Source of the DNA: an uncultured cyanobacterium
Lineage (GTDB): Bacteria > Cyanobacteriota > Cyanobacteriia > Cyanobacteriales > Nostocaceae
Assembly (NCBI GenBank): GCA_963740315.1
Contig: CAVUDP010000002.1
Span: 608,001-672,000, forward strand
Reading direction: 5' to 3'
DNA: 64,000 nucleotides
Below are positions 9,580 through 19,587 of this stretch, one piece after another. Under the pieces are notes generated by a model. The model was not told the DNA's origin. It made no database searches and worked only from the letters and a program-made list of their open reading frames with translations. Within the stretch, counting starts at the first letter, position 1, and each line of letters begins with the position of its first letter. Both the position numbers and the translations under genes were made by a program.

Positions 9580-11250
9580 ATGAGTAATGCTTTATTGTCG
9601 ATTCAAAATCTGAAAGTAGGGTACGCTACGAGCGGTACGGAAGAAGAATGGGCGGTTGATGATGTCTCTTTTATCTTGCAACCGGGTGAGAGGATGGGAT
9701 TGGTAGGAGAATCCGGTTGTGGTAAATCAACTATGGGGCGGGCGGGAATGCGGTTGTTACCAGAATCTACACGCATTGAAGGTAATGTTTTGTTTCAAGG
9801 ACGACCTGTATTCGATATGACAGCCGAACAACTGCGTAGATTTCGCGGTGAAGCGGTAGCATTAATCTTTCAAGATCCGATGACACGCTTAGATCCATTA
9901 ATGACAATCGGCAATCACTGTCTGGAAACCCTTAAAGCCCATTCACCACAACTATCCAACTCACAAGCAAAAGAAAAAGCGATCGCCACTTTGCAAAAAG
10001 TAAACATTCCCCCCGAAAGATGGAGCCAATATCCCCACGAATTTAGCGGTGGAATGCGTCAAAGAGTTGCGATCGCTTTAGCTTTATTATTAAATCCCAA
10101 ATTAATTATTGCTGACGAACCCACAACCAGTTTAGATGTCACCGTTTCCGCCCAGATTTTGCAAGAATTAACCAGATTGTGCGCCGAAGAAAACATGGGA
10201 TTGCTGCTGATATCCCACGACTTAGCAATGGTTGCCGAATATTGCGATCGCATTGGGGTAATGTACCAAGGAAAGATGGTAGAAACGGGTTTATCCAAGG
10301 AAGTATTCCAAAATCCGCAGCACGAATATACGCGATCGCTTTTAAAAGCAGCATTGCACATACAGACATTTTCCGATCCGGAGAACGCAGATACAGTAGA
10401 AGAATTCCCAACCAGTCTCAAGGAAAAATCATCTAACGTCGTGCCGTTGCTAGCAATCAAAGAATTAAAGCAGCATTATACCATCGAGCCTAACTTTATC
10501 GAAAGAATATTTAAAGGACAAGGACAAACTATCAAGGCAGTAGACGGGATCGACTTAGAACTATATTCTGGAGAAATTCTGGGATTAGTTGGCGAATCTG
10601 GTTGTGGAAAAAGTACCTTATCGCGGACAATATTACAATTAATTCGTCCCACTGGCGGGAAAGTTGAATTTTTAGGTAAAGAATTAACCAGTTTGTCGCG
10701 TCAACAAGTACGTTCCGAAAGACGACAAATGCAGATGATATTTCAAGACCCCCACGCTTGTTTAAATCCTACAATGACAGTGGGACAAAACATAGCCGAT
10801 CCGTTAATTATTCATCATATAGCCGATGGCGGAGCAGCAAAAGAGCAAGTAATATGGATGCTCGATAAAGTTGGGTTAAACCCATCAGAAATGTACTATC
10901 AACGTTATCCCTCCGACTTATCCGGCGGGCAACAACAAAGAGTGGCGATCGCACGGGCTTTAATAACCCGTCCAAAATTAGTAATTTGCGACGAGCCTGT
11001 AAGTATGTTAGATGCCAGCGTACAGTCGCAAGTTTTAGATTTGATGTTGGAATTAAAAGCAGAATTCGATTTAACTTACTTATTCATCACCCACGACTTA
11101 TGGTTAGCTAGATTTTTGTGCGACAGAATCGCCGTCATGAACGGTGGTAAAATCGTCGAACTCGGAGCAACACAAGAAATTTTCGGCAATCCCCAGCATC
11201 CTTATACTAAAACTTTGCTCGCCGCCGCACCTTTGTTAGCAAGAGCGTAG
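9580..11250 (+). CDS. Peptide/nickel-type ABC transporter ATP-binding protein with two ATPase domains
   Basis: Two GESGCGKS Walker A motifs, FSGGM/LSGGQ signatures, DEP Walker B, PQHxYT C-terminal motifs. Confidence 0.95.
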   Translation: MSNALLSIQNLKVGYATSGTEEEWAVDDVSFILQPGERMGLVGESGCGKSTMGRAGMRLLPESTRIEGNVLFQGRPVFDMTAEQLRRFRGEAVALIFQDPMTRLDPLMTIGNHCLETLKAHSPQLSNSQAKEKAIATLQKVNIPPERWSQYPHEFSGGMRQRVAIALALLLNPKLIIADEPTTSLDVTVSAQILQELTRLCAEENMGLLLISHDLAMVAEYCDRIGVMYQGKMVETGLSKEVFQNPQHEYTRSLLKAALHIQTFSDPENADTVEEFPTSLKEKSSNVVPLLAIKELKQHYTIEPNFIERIFKGQGQTIKAVDGIDLELYSGEILGLVGESGCGKSTLSRTILQLIRPTGGKVEFLGKELTSLSRQQVRSERRQMQMIFQDPHACLNPTMTVGQNIADPLIIHHIADGGAAKEQVIWMLDKVGLNPSEMYYQRYPSDLSGGQQQRVAIARALITRPKLVICDEPVSMLDASVQSQVLDLMLELKAEFDLTYLFITHDLWLARFLCDRIAVMNGGKIVELGATQEIFGNPQHPYTKTLLAAAPLLARA

Positions 11251-11424
11251 AAAAAGGACAAGGGGATGGGGGGATGGGGGGATGGGGAGAAAAATTTCAA
11301 AATTAAGAGTTACACAGCCATTTGTAGTGGGAGCATCTTGCTCCCTGGCTGTTTCATAAACAATTACCGATTACCAATTACCAATTACCAATCCCCAATG
11401 CTCAATTCCCCATGCCCATTTCCC

Positions 11425-12333
11425 TTAGCCCAGTATCGGATAATGATTAACACCTGCTCCATATAGTTCAATAAATCTTCTATAGAGCGACATACTTTTA
11501 CAATTAGAAACTTTGCCTAATTTAAGCAAACTATCTCGATTTTTTTCAGCGAGATTGCGTAAATAGGGTAAATCTTCAAACAAAGTTAAGCAAGAAGCAA
11601 AGTGTAATAGTAACTGTAAAAATGGCTTAAACCATTCCAAATCGCTGTAAATATCAATAAAGAAATAATGCTCGTTTTCATTCAAAGGAACGGCATGAAA
11701 CATCACAGTTATTCTTTTTTGATTGTAAACCGGAATACTTAATTCTACAGTGTAGGGATTGTGCAAAATTAAATCTACCTCTACAGTCGGTTTTCTCCAA
11801 ATTCGTAAAGGATTAAAAGGAGAATCCAGCATAGTTTGAAATTTAATGACTCCACCATTCTCTGTAAGCTGAAAATCACTAATATTGACAACTTTCAAGT
11901 TATTTAAACTAAAATGATGAATGCTTTCTAAATGCTTTAAATTTAATAAATGATAAATTTGGCAAATATAAGGAAAAGGTAATATATATTCTTGACTAAT
12001 CATGTACCTTTGCTTTAACTCAGACTTTAAACCCAGATTATTACAGAGATTTCCTTGTAAAGCTAAGACATCACGTTCTTCTAGTGAATTTTCTGGTCTT
12101 AAAAACAGCCAGCTTGCAAAGAATAAAGAAGCTGTAAATAACTGTACGACTTCAATTACAGATATATAACCGTCAGCAAACGCAGCAAAACTTCTGTCGC
12201 CAATACCAAACAGCCAAGATGGAATACCAAATAGCCAAATACCGCTTCTGACTCTACCGATAATAAAAGCAATTTCTCTAACTTTATTATTTTTATTTTC
12301 AACCGATTCTGTTGTTGTAATATTATCTAGCAT
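11425..12333 (-). CDS. Hypothetical protein with N-terminal hydrophobic segments
   Basis: 302 aa ORF; no family recognised. Confidence 0.7.
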   Translation of the reverse strand: MLDNITTTESVENKNNKVREIAFIIGRVRSGIWLFGIPSWLFGIGDRSFAAFADGYISVIEVVQLFTASLFFASWLFLRPENSLEERDVLALQGNLCNNLGLKSELKQRYMISQEYILPFPYICQIYHLLNLKHLESIHHFSLNNLKVVNISDFQLTENGGVIKFQTMLDSPFNPLRIWRKPTVEVDLILHNPYTVELSIPVYNQKRITVMFHAVPLNENEHYFFIDIYSDLEWFKPFLQLLLHFASCLTLFEDLPYLRNLAEKNRDSLLKLGKVSNCKSMSLYRRFIELYGAGVNHYPILG

Positions 12334-12790
12334 GGGATATTACTTAATATTGGCATAGCACAAATTACCCCTCTCAAATAAAGAAAGAGGGTTTGTTTGA
12401 ATGCTGTTCTACCGGATAAAATTTACACTGCTTACAAAAAAAGTACGATGCACCAAGCAGACTAGCTTAAATAATTTTATTTACGTCCTCAAAAAAGACA
12501 TCAATAAACTAAATAGCATCTAGATAGACCTTAAGAATTAAATTAATTTTCCTTAATCTGCGAGTAAAAATATAGGGTATCAGGATACATATATATATTT
12601 TAGTAAAAAAATATTGACTTTTACGACGTTATATTAATTTATGTCTATAGCCTGACACATACCGAAGAGTCGAAAAATTGCATCAGTCTAAAGACAGTTA
12701 TTCAGTTAACAGTTAACAGTGAGCAGTGGAATGAGAGGGGGTAGAGGGGGTAGAGGGGGTAGAGGGGGTAGATAATTTTACCGAAAACAA

Positions 12791-12947
12791 TGGGTTTAAA
12801 GCCCCGTCCTTAAAGGACGGCTTTCTGATATAATAGTCGAAACAGGCAGGGCATTGTTTGTTGGGCGAGGCGACGTAAGACGGGCTATGCCTGCTGTTGC
12901 TGTTTGAACCCAGAATCCTCACGCCTTTAGGCTGAGGAGTATGTCAA
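12791..12947 (+). mobile_element. Non-autonomous IS200/IS605 (tnpB-type) derivative: left end, promoter and right end/omegaRNA region, no ORF
   Basis: Left-end hairpin AAAGCCCCGTCCTTAAAGGACGGCTTT; right end GAATCCTCACGCCTTTAGGCTGAGGAGTATGTCAA ending in TCAA. Confidence 0.75.
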
Positions 12948-13136
12948 AAGTAAGCTATTAGCAGGAAGGGAGTAAGAGTATTCGAGCAAATAATCGCTGG
13001 CAACCGAATCTGCCTTGGAATAAATTCCCAGGCTAATAGCGAAAGTCCTCTTAAGAGGACTAAATATACATTCACCGTGACAACCAACATCAAATCATTG
13101 TTCACTGATAACTGTTCACTGATAACTGTTAACTGC

Positions 13137-13937
13137 TCACTGTTTAGATGTCTGCATCGCAAACTGCATTAATCCGGGGAAGAATTTGTAAGCTGCTGAC
13201 ATTACCGAACCCGAACCAACTACTACTTCATCTTTTTGATGTTTTACCGCATCCCAAACTGCATCTGCAACATCTTCGGGTTTGCTTGCTGCTGGGGATT
13301 TTAGAAAACTACTCATAGAATTACGGCGTTTTTCGGCTTCTTGTTCGCTACTGCCGCGAAACTGCGCTCTTTCCATAAAATTACTGTCGGTAGCACTCGG
13401 ATGTACCGCACCTACATGAATACCTTTTGGTTTTAATTCTATCCGCAAAGTTTCCGTCAACCCCGTAATCGCGTACTTGCTGGTACAGTAAACCGTCATT
13501 TCCGGTAAAGGTAATTTACCACCGATAGAACCTACATTGATAATAGTTCCAGCACTGCGGACTAAAAAATGCGGTAAAATCGCGTGAATTGTGTGAATAT
13601 ATCCCCAAAGATTTACGTCTATGATTCGATGCCAGTCACTTAAAGTGGTATGTTCAATTGGTCCACTCATACAGACTCCGGCATTGTTAATTAAAACATC
13701 AATGCTGCCAAAGTATTCTAAAGCCTTTGATATCAAGTTATTTACTTCCGCTTCCTGACTGACATCGCAAGGCACAGCCAGTACCTTTGTTCCAATTAAC
13801 CGAACTTCCGCCGCCGTTGCTTCCAAAACTTCTGGCGATCGCGCACTTATTACTAAGTCATATCCTTTGCGGGCAAATAAAAGTGCCGTTGCTTTACCAA
13901 TTCCTTGAGAACCACCTGTAATAATTGCGGTAGGCAT
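13137..13937 (-). CDS. SDR-family NAD(P)-dependent oxidoreductase
   Basis: TGGSQGIG, NNAG and YCTSK catalytic motif; ATG at 13937 preferred over TTG at 13952. Confidence 0.95.
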   Translation of the reverse strand: MPTAIITGGSQGIGKATALLFARKGYDLVISARSPEVLEATAAEVRLIGTKVLAVPCDVSQEAEVNNLISKALEYFGSIDVLINNAGVCMSGPIEHTTLSDWHRIIDVNLWGYIHTIHAILPHFLVRSAGTIINVGSIGGKLPLPEMTVYCTSKYAITGLTETLRIELKPKGIHVGAVHPSATDSNFMERAQFRGSSEQEAEKRRNSMSSFLKSPAASKPEDVADAVWDAVKHQKDEVVVGSGSVMSAAYKFFPGLMQFAMQTSKQ

Positions 13938-13951
13938 AACAAATAATGTCA

Positions 13952-14029
13952 ATATTTATGTATCATTTCTTAATATTGTGGTTCATAAATTGCAAATAAT
14001 TATCTGTCATGCGACTGAAAATGAATTAC
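13952..14029 (+). repeat. 78 bp direct repeat, copy 1 (degenerate copy of the GNAT gene 5' region)
   Basis: 71/78 identical to 16928-17005 by manual alignment; the ATG of copy 2 reads ATA here. Confidence 0.85.
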
Positions 14030-14069
14030 GATGCTTTGCTACTCCCTACTCCCCGCTCCCTACTGCCTA

Positions 14070-14873
14070 TTAAGACATTGATTCCAAACGGTGACGTAGC
14101 TGGCTACTAATTGCATCAATAATTGTTACAACTACCAACAACACCAACATCATTGTTGTGGCTTTTGTATACTCAAATCCGTCGATGTAACTTTTGAGTT
14201 GAAAACCTATTCCACCCGCTCCTACTACACCTAAAACTGAAGCTGCGCGAATATTATACTCAAACATCCATAAGGTATACCCCAAACTCAAAGGTAATAT
14301 TTGTGGTAAAATGCCATACTGAGCGATTTGGCTGGGAGATGCGCCAATGACACGTAATGATTCAAGGCTGCGCGGATTTACGGCTTCGATAGCTTCTTGG
14401 TAAAATTTAGCTAAATACCCAATCGTATATATACTTAAAGCGAGCATTCCCGCAGGCGCACCTAATCCCGTAGCGGCAACAAATACTAAACCTAGAACAA
14501 TAGAAGGAACCGAGCGCACTGCATTTTGAAGTAAATTTGCTAAAGGGCGTAACCATTGAGGAGCGATATTTCGGGAACTCGCGATCGCAATGGGGAATGA
14601 GATAATTGCCCCGATAGTCGTTCCCCATAATGACATTTGAATAGTTTCGATTAAGGCTTTAATTGCAATATCAAGAACTTCTAAGTTAGGAGGAAATAAG
14701 CGTGAAATAAAATCAATAATATATGGATAACTATCTTTGAGCAAAGCAAAATCAACTTGTAATCCGCTTAAAGCCCATCGATATATAACTATAATAATTA
14801 CTAAAATAATTAACCGAACAATCCAAGTATAGCGATTCCAAAAGTTAGACCACAGCAAAGTCAGATTTTTCAT
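14070..14873 (-). CDS. phnE: Phosphonate/phosphite ABC transporter permease
   Basis: ETIQMSLWGT, RSVPSIV, EAIEAV..., EYNIRAASVLGVVGAGGIG. Confidence 0.92.
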   Translation of the reverse strand: MKNLTLLWSNFWNRYTWIVRLIILVIIIVIYRWALSGLQVDFALLKDSYPYIIDFISRLFPPNLEVLDIAIKALIETIQMSLWGTTIGAIISFPIAIASSRNIAPQWLRPLANLLQNAVRSVPSIVLGLVFVAATGLGAPAGMLALSIYTIGYLAKFYQEAIEAVNPRSLESLRVIGASPSQIAQYGILPQILPLSLGYTLWMFEYNIRAASVLGVVGAGGIGFQLKSYIDGFEYTKATTMMLVLLVVVTIIDAISSQLRHRLESMS

Positions 14874-14921
14874 TTTAGATTAAGAATACAGAAAAAGGGG
14901 AGTGAGAGAATGCGATCGCAC

Positions 14922-15656
14922 TTAGGCAGGCATTTGAGCAAACTTTTCTTGAATTTGTTCGCAGGTTCCATCGTAGGAAATCTTTCCAGCATTCAAAATA
15001 ATGGCTCGATGGGCATATTCCTTAGCCATTCCTAAGTCGTGTAGCACTGCAACTACTGTGATTCCAGACACAGAATTAAGTTTTGAGAGGGTTTTCATCA
15101 CCTGTTGTGATGCAATAACATCTAATCCAGTTGTCGGTTCATCAGCAAGTAATATTTGTGGTGATTGAATTAAAGCTCGTGCGATCGCAACTCGTTGCTG
15201 TTGTCCACCACTAAGTTGGGAAACTTTTTGATATGCTTGTTCGCGTAATCCTAATTGTTCTAATAATTCTAATGCTTGATGACGGTGGTGTCTGGGAAAA
15301 CCAAATAAAGTTTGGCTCGTTTTTAAAGTTCCCAATTTACCGCACAAAACGTTATCAATCGCCGAAACTTGCCGAATTAAACCACCTCCTTGAAATAACA
15401 TCCCCACTTGACGACAAATTCCTGGTAGGGTGCGAGGGTTTAGTTCAATTCCATTGATTTCCACAGTACCCTGGGCAATTGGCATTAATCCCACGAACGA
15501 TCGCAACAAGCTAGATTTTCCCGCTCCATTTAATCCCAGCAATGCGACAAATTCACCACGATGGATGCGACAATCAATTCCGTTGAGAATCGGACGCTGT
15601 AAATTCTGAGAATAAACGCTTTTTAAACCCAAACACTCAATTACAGTTTCGTTCAT
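14922..15656 (-). CDS. phnC: Phosphonate/phosphite ABC transporter ATP-binding protein
   Basis: GLNGAGKS, LSGGQQQRVAIARAL, LADEP; lies between phnD and phnE. Confidence 0.9.
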   Translation of the reverse strand: MNETVIECLGLKSVYSQNLQRPILNGIDCRIHRGEFVALLGLNGAGKSSLLRSFVGLMPIAQGTVEINGIELNPRTLPGICRQVGMLFQGGGLIRQVSAIDNVLCGKLGTLKTSQTLFGFPRHHRHQALELLEQLGLREQAYQKVSQLSGGQQQRVAIARALIQSPQILLADEPTTGLDVIASQQVMKTLSKLNSVSGITVVAVLHDLGMAKEYAHRAIILNAGKISYDGTCEQIQEKFAQMPA

Positions 15657-15847
15657 GGGATGAAGGTAAGTGAAATTAATTTTACCGAACAGCGATTCCT
15701 AAATTGAGGATGGAGTAGATGCACCTCGATAGACAATATCAACATCAACTTAATGCTATTAATTCTTAAAAAAAGTCTTGAATTGTACCCTTTATCAGTT
15801 CAGGCTTTTTGTCAATTATTAGCAACAACTTGCTGATGTACGGTTAT

Positions 15848-16771
15848 TTAGGGTTCAATACCTATTCGTTGCAGCGCAGTACGAACGGGAGCAAGATGGC
15901 TATTATGGTTAACCCGTACTAACTTGGTCGAATTATACATGTTACGCAACAAGCCATTATTTCCTGGCTGGTTCAACTTCAACATTGCATTAATTAACTT
16001 ATTGCGATCTTGTACAGATACATCATCATCAATTGCTACACCGTGGGCAGGAACTCCACTAATTCTATAAAGTACTCGTAACTGCGATCGTTCTTGGTTG
16101 GTAATGTAGGGTGGAAACATCGCATATTCCGATACTGCTGCTGCATCTGCTTGTCCGCGCAAAACAGCCTGTAGAGCTTTACTGTAATTACCACCATAAC
16201 TAACCTGTCCAAAAAAACCGTCTAGACGATCTTTGTTAGGGACAAACCCCATTTTCACCAACTGACTAACTGGAAAAATAAAGCCACTACCCGATGTCGG
16301 AGAAGTAAAAGTCATCTTTTTAGCTTTGAGTTGCCCTAAAGTCGCTTTCGATTGTCCAGAACGTAACGAGCTATTTTTGGGAACGACAAAAACTGAATCA
16401 TAGGTATAGCCACCAGAGTAATTTTGGCGCACTTCTGCTAAGTACAACTTGGCATTTGCAAGCTGTTCTGCTTTTAAGGCTGGACGACTGCTCAAAAACG
16501 CTACATCTGCTCGATTCGCTCGTAACGCTTCCACAGCAGCTGTATCATCACCAATCTGAGCGCGAACATTCATTCCTGTTTCTTTAGATAGAAATGTTGC
16601 CATTGCATCAGCTTTGGTTTTTAAATCGGTTGAGTCCGAACGACTTGGGAAAACAACGTTAATCGTGCGTCTATTTTGAGCGAACAATTGCTGCGTACTT
16701 ACTCCCACTACAGACAAACCAGTAAGCGTAGCTAATGCTACACCTACAGCAATTTTCTTGCTAAGAGCCAT
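15848..16771 (-). CDS. phnD: Phosphonate/phosphite/phosphate ABC transporter substrate-binding protein
   Basis: Signal peptide; VEALRANRADVAF and FTSPTSGSGF motifs of the PhnD family. Confidence 0.88.
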   Translation of the reverse strand: MALSKKIAVGVALATLTGLSVVGVSTQQLFAQNRRTINVVFPSRSDSTDLKTKADAMATFLSKETGMNVRAQIGDDTAAVEALRANRADVAFLSSRPALKAEQLANAKLYLAEVRQNYSGGYTYDSVFVVPKNSSLRSGQSKATLGQLKAKKMTFTSPTSGSGFIFPVSQLVKMGFVPNKDRLDGFFGQVSYGGNYSKALQAVLRGQADAAAVSEYAMFPPYITNQERSQLRVLYRISGVPAHGVAIDDDVSVQDRNKLINAMLKLNQPGNNGLLRNMYNSTKLVRVNHNSHLAPVRTALQRIGIEP

Positions 16772-16809
16772 TCCCAGTACTCCTCTATAATAGTTATTGT
16801 TTTTGACGA

Positions 16810-16832
16810 TAGTTGCAAGTAATTTGCAACTA
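16810..16832. promoter_or_regulatory. Palindromic operator upstream of phnD (Fur-family 7-1-7-like)
   Basis: TAGTTGCAA-GTAAT-TTGCAACTA, perfect 9 bp arms about 40 nt before the phnD start. Confidence 0.55.
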
Positions 16833-16971
16833 ATCTGTATAGATATTGAAATAAACTGGTAATAAAGTCAATAGGCTTTTGTAGCTTTTAACTCAAGCAT
16901 GGGTAACTGATAATTCCACTACGAACGATATTTCTGTATCATTTCTTAATATTGTCGTTTATAAATTGCAA

Positions 16972-17463
16972 ATGATTATCCGTCATGCAACTGAAAATGA
17001 TTTACCCTATATTGTGGCGATATATAATGCTTCAATTCCCAGCCGTATGGCTACAGCGGATTTAGAACCAGTATCTGTAGCGAGTCGCGTGGATTGGTTT
17101 AAAAAGCGATCGCCGGTAAAACATCCTCTTTGGGTAATAGAAATCGGAGATGTAATTGCTGGATGGTTGAGTTTTCAGCCTTTTTATGGAAGACCAGCTT
17201 ATCACGCAACAGCCGAAGTAAGTATTTATATAGCTTCAAATTATCAGCGTCGCGGTTTGGGAAATAGACTTTTAAAAGAAGCGATTCGTCAAAGTCCTAA
17301 GTTAGGTTTAAATACCTTGATTGGATTTATTTTCGATCGTAATGAAGCGAGTTTAAAACTGTTTGAAAAATTCGGTTTTGAACGTTGGGGACATATGCCG
17401 GGAATTGCGGAGCTTGATGGTATAGAGTGTGGTTTGGTGATTTTGGGGTTGAGGGTTGGGTAA
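16972..17463 (+). CDS. GNAT N-acetyltransferase (phosphinothricin acetyltransferase/YncA-like)
   Basis: IRHATENDL..I..IYN, RPAYHATAEVSIY, QRRGLG, NEASLKLFEKFGF. Confidence 0.92.
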   Translation: MIIRHATENDLPYIVAIYNASIPSRMATADLEPVSVASRVDWFKKRSPVKHPLWVIEIGDVIAGWLSFQPFYGRPAYHATAEVSIYIASNYQRRGLGNRLLKEAIRQSPKLGLNTLIGFIFDRNEASLKLFEKFGFERWGHMPGIAELDGIECGLVILGLRVG

Positions 17464-17466
17464 TTG

Positions 17467-17524
17467 GAATACCTGGCGATTGAAATCGCGGCTACACAGG
17501 CAAAACCCACCTTCGTGGGTTTAA
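17467..17524. repeat. REP-like direct repeat flanking the AAA_33 gene (copy 1)
   Basis: GAATACCTGGCG.TTGAAA.CGCG.CTA.ACAGG.AAAACCCACCT.CGTGGGTT; second copy at 18056-18112. Confidence 0.85.
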
Positions 17525-17569
17525 TCAATGATCAATTTTTGTTTACTCCATATCATCACGAACAATTTA

Positions 17570-18049
17570 TTAAACATCGGTTTGGATAACAATATAATTC
17601 TCATCTTCTCCTAAAGCTTCATAACTTTTCTTAAATAGCTCAAAAGCATTTTCATCAATCCACAGGGAATCATTTGGTAAATTATTGCTTCTCTTCGCTA
17701 CACGTTTTTGCATAACCTCGTCAGAGCAGGTTACAAAATATAATTTCACCTCAGCATTCACGATTTTAGCTTTACAACGTGCTTCATCGCGAGATGCTCG
17801 ACTCCAAAAGCCAAAGTCTAAAATGACATCTTGACCTAAGCGAAGAAGTTGCATGGTAAGATTCCAAATTAAATCGGAAATTCGTTCATAGTAATCTGAA
17901 AATTTTTGTTCTTCTGGATTATTACCATAGAGTTTTACCATCCACTCATCATGAGTAAAACGTATAGCTGAAATATTTGTTTCTAGTTTTCGAGCAAAAG
18001 TTGTTTTACCTGCTCCTGCAAAACCATAAATCAAGTGGAGATTTGCCAT
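17570..18049 (-). CDS. AAA_33 / predicted P-loop kinase
   Basis: GFAGAGKTT Walker A; VILDFGFWSRASR. Confidence 0.85.
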   Translation of the reverse strand: MANLHLIYGFAGAGKTTFARKLETNISAIRFTHDEWMVKLYGNNPEEQKFSDYYERISDLIWNLTMQLLRLGQDVILDFGFWSRASRDEARCKAKIVNAEVKLYFVTCSDEVMQKRVAKRSNNLPNDSLWIDENAFELFKKSYEALGEDENYIVIQTDV

Positions 18050-18122
18050 TGATAAGAATACCTGGCGGTTGAAACCGCGTCTATACAGGGAAAACCCACC
18101 TCCGTGGGTTAATTGTAGTTAA

Positions 18123-18572
18123 TTGTAGGTTGGGTTAGACGCACAAGTAACTTATATGGATTACAAAAAATTTAAATGCGTCGTAACCCAACATCTGAGT
18201 TTTAGCTTTTTATAAAATGATTTTAAATTATTTTTAAGGTACATTAATATTTTTACGTTGAACGATTAAATTTTCTCTACATCATAATGTTGGGTTTCGT
18301 TCCTCAACCCAACCTACAAACTTTAATTTTAATTCTACTCATTCTTATAAATTTATTCCTAAGTCAACAGAAGATGATTTTAAAATTGCTGAATTTAATT
18401 GTAGGTTGGGTTAAAGGCGCACTAATAATTTAGATGAATTATGAGTAATATAAACGCGCCGTAACCCAACATTTACGTTTTTATTTTGATGAGATAATTT
18501 CAAATAAATTTATAAATGAAGCTTTAGTATTATATCATGATGTTGGGTTTCGTTCCTCAACCCAACCTACAA
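18123..18572. repeat. Two tandem REPIN-like elements (GTAGGTTGGGTT...AACCCAACCTAC), 18123-18319 and 18399-18572
   Basis: Inverted GTAG-REP ends with AT-rich fillers; third copy at 19368-19568. Confidence 0.85.
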
Positions 18573-18647
18573 ACTACAACCGACTTCATAATCTAACACC
18601 CAAATTGAAACCAAATAATATATCATAAAATAGGTGCTATATTTTAA

Positions 18648-19268
18648 TTAAAAATCCATTTCTGCGGATTGAATAATCTGGTTTGCAGTTAATTTTAACT
18701 CAGGAAACGTTTTTAATTTTACAATTTCATCACCTTTATATAAAGTAATTTTATATTCACCGTTTTCTAACTGACAAACGGTAATAGTTGGTTGTTTTGG
18801 ATTACCAATAAACTTTTTACCACCTAATCCTAGATAATCAACAATCAAATATTCTGGGATGCCTATATCCTCGTATTCTTCAAATTTTACAGCATAGTCA
18901 TCACCCCAATTAGTGCTTACTATTTCTACTACTAACGCTATTGATTTGCTTTGTGATACTGTAGATTCTTTTTCATATAATGGTTCATTCTTTAAGTTAC
19001 GCTTATCTAATACCAATAAATCGGGTAAATAAGCTGATTCTTTTCCATCAGGTTTTATTAAAACTTTTGAAGGGATAAGTAATGGTAGATTTAAGCGGTC
19101 TAATTCTACATTTATTTTTCTAGATAAAAATGCAAAAACATTTTCATGCTTGCCAATAGGTTGAGCCACTTCAACAATTACCCCATCATATAATTCGTAA
19201 CATTTATTTTCCGGTTTCCACTTGACAAACTCTGCAAATGTTACTGTTTTGTTTAGCGTTTGAGTCAT
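18648..19268 (-). CDS. Uma2-family (DUF820) PD-(D/E)xK endonuclease-like protein
   Basis: YELYDG, PDLLVLD, LVVEIVSTNW.DDY..K..EY...GIPEYLIVD. Confidence 0.92.
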   Translation of the reverse strand: MTQTLNKTVTFAEFVKWKPENKCYELYDGVIVEVAQPIGKHENVFAFLSRKINVELDRLNLPLLIPSKVLIKPDGKESAYLPDLLVLDKRNLKNEPLYEKESTVSQSKSIALVVEIVSTNWGDDYAVKFEEYEDIGIPEYLIVDYLGLGGKKFIGNPKQPTITVCQLENGEYKITLYKGDEIVKLKTFPELKLTANQIIQSAEMDF

Positions 19269-19367
19269 GGGTATTATGTCCTCAAGATATTTAATCGTCG
19301 TGTTATGGCTAGCTGATATAAAGCTAGCTTTTTGATTATCTTCTCAACAGCTACCATTCCTAATAGA

Positions 19368-19568
19368 TTGTAGGTTGGGTTAAAGGCGCACTAATAATTT
19401 AGATGAATTACGAGTAATCTAAACGCGCCGTAACCCAACATTTAGGTTTTGGTTTTGATGAAATCTCAAATAAATTTATAAATCAATTGTAGTATTTGCT
19501 TTTGTATTGAATTCTTTGTTTTACTCTATATTATGATTTTGGGTTTCATTCCTCAACCCAACCTACAA
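19368..19568. repeat. REPIN-like element, third copy
   Basis: Left arm nearly identical to the 18399 copy. Confidence 0.85.
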
Positions 19569-19587
19569 ATTACAAACTTTAATACCA

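Noticed and set aside
18123..19568. CRISPR-like repeat-spacer array
   Set aside because: Repeats are inverted pairs with long irregular fillers and intervening genes, consistent with REPINs.
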